NCBI RefSeq assembly: GCF_006345805.1
Contig: NC_043008.1
Coordinates: forward strand, 67,828,001-67,892,000
Direction: 5' to 3'
DNA: 64,000 bases
DNA from: Octopus sinensis
Taxonomy: Eukaryota
This document shows positions 55,274 to 64,000 of the stretch, one piece after another. The notes beneath the pieces were generated by a model. The model did no database searches, was not told the DNA's origin, and worked only from the letters and a program-made list of their open reading frames with translations. How positions within the stretch are numbered: position 1 is the first letter of the stretch; each line of letters starts with the position of its first letter. A program made the translations under genes and the position numbers.

Positions 55274-55455
55274 AAGCGGAGCGCTGGTAGAATCGTTAGC
55301 ACACCGGGCATTTCGTCTGTCTTCACATTCTGAATTCAAATTCCACCGAGGTCAACTTTGCCTTTCATCGTTTCGGAGTCAATAAATTAAGGACCAGTGA
55401 AACACTGGAGTCGATGTAATCGACTCACCCCCTCCCCAAAATGGCTGCCATTATT
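55274..55455 (+). mobile_element. SINE family A inserted in (TTA)n
   Basis: gctggtagaatcgttagcac...ttcaaattcc...gtcgatgtaatcgact. Confidence 0.8.
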
Positions 55456-55481
55456 ATCATCATCATCATTATTATTATTAA

Positions 55482-55515
<34 letters not shown>

Positions 55516-55754
55516 GGGACAAAAACAGTATTAATACTAAAAGGTAATCTTTATATACAACTTAAAGTGGATGTCTTGTTAGAACACCGAATACTTCGTT
55601 TTTAGCCTCCAGAAATCCTCTCATATATGCTGTTGGTGCATAAAAGCACAAGCGAAGATCATAGCAGACGACAATCGTCATGAGCGCCGGAATTATATCA
55701 CGTGACTGCATTCTACTGGAAATCATCAGTGGGAAGTGTCCGGTTACCGCATAC

Positions 55755-56300
55755 CAGTCAAATCTAGCCGCCTCGATATGTAGAATATGATTCGACGACA
55801 GGTTCTGAAGCCTGGCCGGAACAAAGACCCTGATCTCTCTTATTAAGATTATGAAATTAAATCCGTTTTTCATTCTCATTTACAATTCGGCGCCAAAAGC
55901 GAGCATATCGAGAATTTACCAGCAGTTGTCCACAAATAACCACACGTCATCGAGCTTGGTCATTGGTCGGTTCACAAGGAGCTTCTCGACAGCGTCTGTT
56001 CACAAGGTTAAGCTTATGGAGGTGTCTGCTGACAGTGCTTTTTGAAGGATCAAGATCTGCGGACAACGTACGAGTGCTTGTGCTTGGTTGTTGTTGTTAA
56101 ATCATTTGAAGCAAAGCCTCAGCTTTCACAACAGAAGGTCTCCCTGACCTTGACTTGTCTTCGAGGTTGATGTCACCTTCCTTAACGCGTCTGAACCAAT
56201 TTTGTGCCACGCGTTCCTTTTCTCCACTGGTAGCGCAATATGGTTCTAACTGCAATTTTTCACCACATCATTATGAAAACTGTAAAATAAAGAATAACCA
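55755..56300 (-). pseudogene. Mariner transposase N-terminal half
   Basis: QNWFRRVKEGDINLEDKSRSGRPS...STRTLS...STVSRHLHKL...FWRRIV...EKRI. Confidence 0.8.
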
Positions 56301-56659
56301 CTTAATGTTTATATGTTATATATGAAAAGAAAGAATAATTAATTAATCAACGATTGGACAATTTGTATCAAGTTAATAATATAACATGTAGATATAAGTT
56401 GCCACACATCATCAGTGAAAATCCGAAAAGGCTTTTGACTGACACTGGTATTATATATATATATATACATAGGGAGAGTTTACGAAAAAAACAAAAGACG
56501 AAGACAGGTGGTGTACAAAACAAACAGATGTATTAGTATAACGCTCAGGAATAGGAAAAGCCTACGCTCTTCTACAGAAAAGGACACAGAAAAAACAAGG
56601 AGAGAAAAAAAGGAGATAAAAAAATGTGTGTGTAGTGACTAACGATCTATCTAGGCGAC

Positions 56660-56694
<35 letters not shown>

Positions 56695-56699
<5 letters not shown>

Positions 56700-56885
56700 C
56701 GGAGATCTACTTGCATAGCAAGTGAATTGATTTGATATCGTGTGCTGAAACAAAAACAATTGCAGCATGGAAGGTGTTTATAAGCCATTTAAAAACACAC
56801 AAAGACCGTTAGATTCACTTCAAGATTTAAATTTGTCAAAATATTTTCGTCGCTTTGAAACCGCGACCTGTTCAGTGACTAAATT
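56695..56885 (-). mobile_element. Family H repeat copy 2 (hammerhead with C3/C8 mismatch at 56834-56880)
   Basis: AGTCA-CTGAACA-G-GTCGC(ggtttcaaa)GCGAC-GAAAATATTT-TGACA. Confidence 0.75.
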
Positions 56886-56949
56886 TCATGCTGCATCTCA
56901 AATTAAATTTAAATGCTGAAGTGAATCTAACGGTGTTTTTTTCAAGGCT

Positions 56950-57460
<511 letters not shown>

Positions 57461-59233
57461 TGGGCATTTCCAATCAGCAATCCAACTGACTTCCTCACCA
57501 CTGCAGATATGTGGTCAGAGGCGGCGATGATTGATTACATCAATATAAAGGAAGACGATGTAATAAAGGCTATAGATGAGATGAAAACAAACTCAGCTAC
57601 TGGCCCCGATGGATTCCTAGCAATCCTTCTAAAAGTATGTAAGAGGGTCCTAGCAAGGCCACTGCGGTCTCTCTTTCAGAGCTTCCTTGCAACTGGCAAA
57701 CTTCCAAGAAAACTGAAGGAAGGTAAAATATGCCCTATTCATAAAGGAGGTAGCAGAGCGGAGGCCAAGAACTACAGACCTATCTCTCTAACCTCACACA
57801 TCAGCAAGGTCATGGAACGAATAGTCAGAAGGAAACTAATCACCTTCCTTGAAGAAAATGACTTGCTGCCTGACACCCAACACGGTTTCCGACCAGGAAG
57901 AAGCTGCTTAACTCAGCTCCTACAACACTATGACTGGGTGCTGAAACAACTGCTCAACCACTCAAATGTGGAAGTCATATATCTCGACTTTGCAAAGGCC
58001 TTTGATAAAGTCGATCATGGAATGATATGTCACAAACTGCGTGATCTTGGCATAGTTGGAAAATTGGGAGAATGGCTTCATGACTTTCTGAAGAATAGAA
58101 GCCAGGTGGTAGCAGCCAATGGGGCCACTTCCATTAACACGCAAATAGTGAGCGGTGTTCCGCAGGACACTGTTTTGGGACCACTACTGTTCATAATGGC
58201 CCTCTCAGACATGCCCTCAGCCACGCAGAGAGCCACGATCACAAGTTATGCAGATGATACAAAAGTTTCACAGGCAATACAGAACCCTGAAGACACTAAG
58301 CACCTGCAATGTGAGCTGGACGAAATATACAAGCGGGCTGAAAAGAATAGCATGCAGTTCAATGCTGAAAAGTTTCAAGCTTTATACTATCAGCATGCAA
58401 AACTGAATGCAATACCCAATGAATACACTGGACCCGGAGGGATTGCAATCCCAGAGGCACAATCAGTGCGTGACCTGGGTATTCACATGAGTGATGACGC
58501 GACCTTTCATGTACATGTTGCTAAACTGGCAATGAAATGTAGACGGCTGGCTGGCTGGATTCTTAGAACCTTTAGAACAAGAGAACAAGAAACCATGATG
58601 GTCCTCTGGAAGACACTGGTCCTAAGCCACTTTGACTATTGCTCTCAGCTATGGTCACCATCCAGTGTCAAGTTGATCACAGAACTTGAGGCAATCCAAC
58701 GAAGCTACACGAAGAAGATAGCCTCTGTGCAGCATATGAGCTACTGGGAAAGACTCAAGAGATTAAAGCTCTATTCCCTGGAGCGTAGGCGAGAAAGATA
58801 TGCCAAAATATATATCTGGAAGATCCTGGAAGGACTTGTCCCAAACTTTGGCATCGAGAGTCACACAAATGCCAGAACCGGGCGCCACTGCGTAGTACCA
58901 AGGACTCCAAATTTGCCATCAAGATGTAGGACAAGATACTGTGATAGCCTGGGCTTCAGAGGCCCACAGCTCTTCAATATCCTCCCGAAGAACCTGAGGG
59001 ACCTGCATGGTGTAGATGCGGATATCTTTAAAGTAGGACTGGATCTCTTCCTGTCAGGTGTCCCGGATGAACCAACTTCACGGCAGGAGGTGCAGATGAG
59101 GGCAGCTGCATCGAACTCTCTCATGCATCAGATGGCGTTTGCTAAAAAGCATCCGTGTAGCAAACCAAATGGCGGTGCCCCAGCATGGCCACAGCTCATT
59201 AGCTGAAACTGGAAAAATCAAAATCAAAATCAA
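57461..59233 (+). mobile_element. 5'-truncated CR1-type LINE: uninterrupted RT ORF (57449-59206), 3' stem-loop and (AAAATC)n tail
   Basis: GPDG, NYRPISLTS, QHGFRPGRSC, YLDFAKAFDKV, SGVPQDTVLGPLLF, YADD, DLGI, FDYCSQLWSP, LERRR. No stop over 585 codons; no endonuclease domain. Confidence 0.93.
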
Positions 59234-59548
59234 ATATATGTATATATATATATATATGTATATATATAATATATATGTATATATATATATATGTATATTA
59301 TATATTGTATATATATGTATATATTGTGTATATATATGTATAGATATGTGTATATATATGTATATTATATGTATATATATATATATGTAATATATATGTA
59401 TAGATATGTATATATATGTGTATATATATGTATATATATGTGTATATATATGTATATATATATGTATATATATGTATATATATATTATTATATATTATAT
59501 ATATATATAATATATATATATATTATTATATATTATATATATATATAG

Positions 59549-59581
<33 letters not shown>

Positions 59582-59585
59582 TATA

Positions 59586-59617
<32 letters not shown>

Positions 59618-59716
59618 TATATTATATATATATATATATATATATAGTGTATATATATATGTATATATATATATGTAATATATATGTATATATATATATA
59701 TGTATATATATATATG

Positions 59717-59789
<73 letters not shown>

Positions 59790-59896
59790 GTAGATATATA
59801 TATATAGGTATAATATATTATATATATATATATATATATATGTTATATATATATATATATATATATATATAATGTATATATATATATATATGTATA

Positions 59897-59935
<39 letters not shown>

Positions 59936-59959
59936 TATTATATGTATATATATTATATA

Positions 59960-60008
<49 letters not shown>

Positions 60009-60612
60009 AATAAAATAGAACATATGCATATATATAAACATATATGTACGTACCTACCTCTACATGTACATATACACGCATATATGTGTACAGGACACCA
60101 AAAAGACGTCGAACACATAGAGAGACGAAACACATAGACACAAACCAAGGAACAAGACAAGCAAAAAAAGGAGAGATACAGGACAATAAGCACAACGAAA
60201 AATCCCCTTCTTCAGTCGCTAAGATTTCATCTACTAAACGTTTCGAAGGATAAAAGCGAGACGTATACTTCGAAGAAAAATTCCTTCCCGCGAAAAGCAA
60301 ATCAATTAAAATTCTGAGATCTTTTCGCAGAGGGGTAAAAAAAAAAAAAAAAAAAAGCAAGACGGTAACGACAGTACAAACATATAAACAGTAAAAAATA
60401 TATACATAAACAGTGGAAAAATAAATATATAACAGTGAGAGACAGGACAAGGAGAACAAGATAAGAAGGGCTGTTAACGCCAGACGAAAAAAGTATTGCA
60501 AACGCTGGATTATCGTGGAAGACGAGAGAGGAAATATATATATGTATATTATATATATATATGTGTATATATATATATATATATATAATATATATATATA
60601 TGTATATATATA

Positions 60613-60662
<50 letters not shown>

Positions 60663-60764
60663 CTATATGTATATATATATAGTATATATATATATGTATA
60701 TATATATGTATATATATATATATATTATATATATATATAGTGTATATATATATATATTATATAT

Positions 60765-60795
<31 letters not shown>

Positions 60796-60981
60796 TCTAT
60801 ATATATATATATATTATATTATATATATATATTATGTATATATATATATATCTATATATATATATATATATGATATATATATATTATATATATATATGTA
60901 TATATATATATATTATATATATATTATATATATAATTATATATATATATATATATATATTATAATATATATATATATATAA

Positions 60982-61019
<38 letters not shown>

Positions 61020-61040
61020 ATATATATATATATATATGCA
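59234..61040. repeat. (TA)-rich tracts (59234-60005, 60535-61040) around a dispersed-repeat block
   Basis: Direct read. Confidence 0.9.
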
Positions 61041-61060
61041 TGTATGTATAATATACATAT

Positions 61061-64000
61061 TGTTGTGGAAGGATTCCGACCACCCACTAAGTGACTAAAG
61101 GTGGACTGGTTCATTATTATAATGTAAAGAACTGTGAGCGATTGGCAGCTTGTGTTGGTAGCAATTTCACTGTGAGCCTTTGATATAGAGTATTGAATTT
61201 TGTGTCGTAATAATAGTAGTGCGTCGTGTATATGTTTTCTTACCCCCTGCTTCGTTATAATATATATCCAATATTAGGATATAAAAGTGGCGACGAGTCG
61301 TTAGCAGCAACTACAACAGCAGTAACAACAGGAGGCGCAATGGCCCAATGGTTAGAGCAGCAGACTCGTGGTCGGAGGATCGCGGTTTCGATTCCCAGAC
61401 CGGGCGTTGTGTGTTTTTATTGAGCGAAAACAGCTAAAGTTCCACGAGGCTCCGGAAGGGAATGGTGGCGACCCCTGTTGTACTCTTTCGCTCCAACTTT
61501 CTCTCACTCTTTCTTCCTGTTTCTTGTCCCGACTTCCTACGCAACCGCTGAGCCTGGATGCGCATTCATCCATCCGTCGATGCTCTTAGTGTCGGGGGTT
61601 GAGCTGCTTTCTCTTCTGCGGGTCTTACGAATAGCAAAGGACCACGTTTCGGACTTCTCCCATCTTGCGAGCTCAGGGACGAAGACCGTTCGCTCAACAG
61701 CAACAACAAAATCAACAGTTGCTGGAATTAATGTTGAAGAAGTCTGAAAATACTTTAGGTTCGTACTCGACTACTAACTTAGCAAAATCAATTGGAGAAT
61801 TCAGCTACAATCCTGAAGGAATTACCTTTTCTGCATATTTTCGTAGACACGAAGCTTCAAAGAAGAGTGTAAAAGTTGGTCGACGAGAAAAAAAGTACTA
61901 CTTTTAAGAAAGTTATACCCAACCGAACACGAAAATTATAGTAATTATATTCTGCCGAAGAAGCCAGGTGAGTCTTGCTTCTATGAAAGAATTAATATTT
62001 TATCAAAAATTTTCAGTGAAAGAAGTTCTTTGTTCAATACTCGCTGGCAATGTTTAAATTTTGTCAAAAAAGATAAATATTTCGTCATCTATGCCGGAGT
62101 AGTTCATAGAAAGGGTGAGAAATTCAAATTGAATGAGTTAACCCCGGGTTTACTACAAGCAAAGACGCAGATATACGTTCCCAGATATTAACAAAATTAG
62201 AACAAGACAAAAATTTTGTTTTACAGGCAGTAACAGAAGAATGTCAAAGGATCATTAATCTACGACATGACGCAAAATTGAAGAGAAAGATTGCTCGCGT
62301 GTTCAAACCGGGATCGGATGAGAAAAGATATCAAGTCCGAATCCATGTTATGGGTGCGGTGATCTACATTTTAAAAATAATTGTCCGTTTAAAAATATAA
62401 AATGCTACAAGTGTGGTAAAATAGGCCATAAAAAGTTGCACTGTAGAACAGAACCTAAAAAGCGGTTAAACGGATTATCGGTGACAAAAAATACGAACAA
62501 GTCTCAAAGGAAAGTTGTGTTTGTAAACATTAATAACACAATCGTAAAGTTGCAATTAGATATCTCAATAGTTAACACAAATACATGGGAAAAAAATTGG
62601 GATACCTAAATTAAATGAAACTTTGAAAATTGCCCGTGGTGTTTCAGGAAAAAAATTATATCTTAAGGAGAATTGATAAGTAACATTACATTTCGTGAAA
62701 AAACCTTGAATGCTAAAGTTTCTGTGGTAAATAATACCACAAACTTATTTGATACTGACTGGGTGGAATTATTTAACTTATGGGTCCTCCCCAGTACAAA
62801 TAAGTCGCCAAATGAATTGTAATTTTTATTTTAATTTTCCTGAAGTTCTGCCCGATAAATTAGGTCTGTGTACCAAAACGAAGGTACGGTTTCAAATACA
62901 AGAAAACGCCATGCCGACATTTAAACAAAAATGAACGGTACCGTTCGCAGCGTTAGAACAGATAAACTTAGAGTTAGAGAGACTAGAAAAAATTGGAGTT
63001 ATTCAAAAACCAAAAAGAATAATAAAATCAGTGTGTTGATTTTTTTCCACTGGTTTAAACGAATGTCTTAAAAAGTTGCTATTACTTGCTACCTACTCGG
63101 GAGAATATTTATGCGAAATTAAACAGTGGGAAAATATTTTCTAAATTGGATCTCTCTGACACATACCTACAAATTAGAGTAGACGATGAATGCTCTAAAT
63201 AACTAACAGTTAACACACATAAAAGACTGTAGAAATACAACAGGTTACCATTTGGCTTAAAAGTCACACCAGCGAATTTTCAACAGATCATAGATGCAAT
63301 GTTAGCGGACTGTGAATTCGCCATTCCATATCTTGGTAATATACTCATTAAAAGCGAATCCAGAGATCAATGCATAAAGCACGTAAAATATATATTCGAA
63401 AAACTTAGGGATTACGGCTTTACTGTGAGTGAAGAAAAGTATAAATAAGTCAGAAAATCCTTGACAGAAATGGATGTCGACCAGACCCGTCGAGGGCAGA
63501 CGCAATTAAAAGTATGCCCTCTCCGACTAATATAGTGACCATACAAGTATTTTCAGAATTGGCAGATTATTACCAAAATTATATTCCGAATATGGATAAG
63601 GTGAGGGTTCCACTGAATAATCTGCTGAAAAAAGATATGAAAACTGTCAAAAGGCATTTGACGAAATTTTCAAAAATATTAACATCGGTTTTGTCGCTAG
63701 TGCACTTCGATCCTGCAGCGGAGGTTGTTGCAGCTTCAGGCGCTTCTGTGTACGGTATAGGAGTGCTAATGTATAGAAGTGGTAATGGAAACACTGGAAT
63801 TGAACCCTAAGCGGAAGGGATATTAAAACTCTGAGCAGAGTTCAATTCTCAAAGGGAAAGAAGATAGAGCAGACTGATTCGAAAAGTGGGAGAAGTTGTG
63901 GGTGGATTCCGACCACCCACTAAGTGACTAAAGGTGAATTTACTCGTTATTATAAAGTAAAGAACTGTGAGCGATTGGCAGTTTGTGTTGGCAGCAGTTT
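61061..64000 (+). mobile_element. Gypsy/Ty3 (Mag-like) LTR retrotransposon, decayed, integrase absent
   Basis: 5' LTR ~61061-61285; PBS TGGCGACGAG (61288-61297); gag with CYGCGDLHFKNNC and CYKCGKIGHKKLHC; RT FSKLDLSDTYLQ...LPFGL...YLGN; RNase H start; PPT before the 3' LTR at ~63897. Confidence 0.9.
61331..61696 (+). mobile_element. SINE family C with a different tail (type 2), nested in the Gypsy element
   Basis: Head and core as in 14509; diverges after ctcactctttcttcctgtttct; flanked by CAA/CAG repeats. Confidence 0.85.

Noticed and set aside
60196-60255. Permuted hammerhead halves on the minus strand (CCTTC-GAAACGT...CTGAAGA-AGGGG), also at ~27240-27290
   Set aside because: Stem I does not pair and stem II needs several wobbles; only a family consensus could rescue it.

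Overview
Animal genomic DNA, most likely an octopus (inferred from the tRNA-headed SINE families and the extreme TA/TG/TACA/TAGA/AAT microsatellite load). I found no supportable host exon, rRNA, tRNA gene or CRISPR array; nearly all short ORFs are microsatellite artefacts or transposon debris. DNA transposon relics include Tc1, mariner DD34D, DD37D, DD41D, pogo/Tigger, FLYWCH-MULE, a possibly hAT-like transposase and a Helitron. Retroelements include a CR1-type RT with 585 open codons, R4/Dong-type RLE retrotransposons, Penelope-like pieces, a Mag-like Gypsy LTR element and many SINE copies in about four families. There is one 100-N gap. Three signals stand out. (1) Several minimal hammerhead-ribozyme folds occur in dispersed repeats, one with a compensatory G3-C8 core swap. 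(2) RLE retrotransposons and ~550-600 bp non-coding passengers are stacked head-to-tail in (AAT)n and, separately, in (ATAC)n microsatellites. (3) A 3' stem-loop is shared, with covarying base pairs, between the CR1-type LINE and a SINE family. All alignments and folds were done by eye, so most boundaries are approximate.
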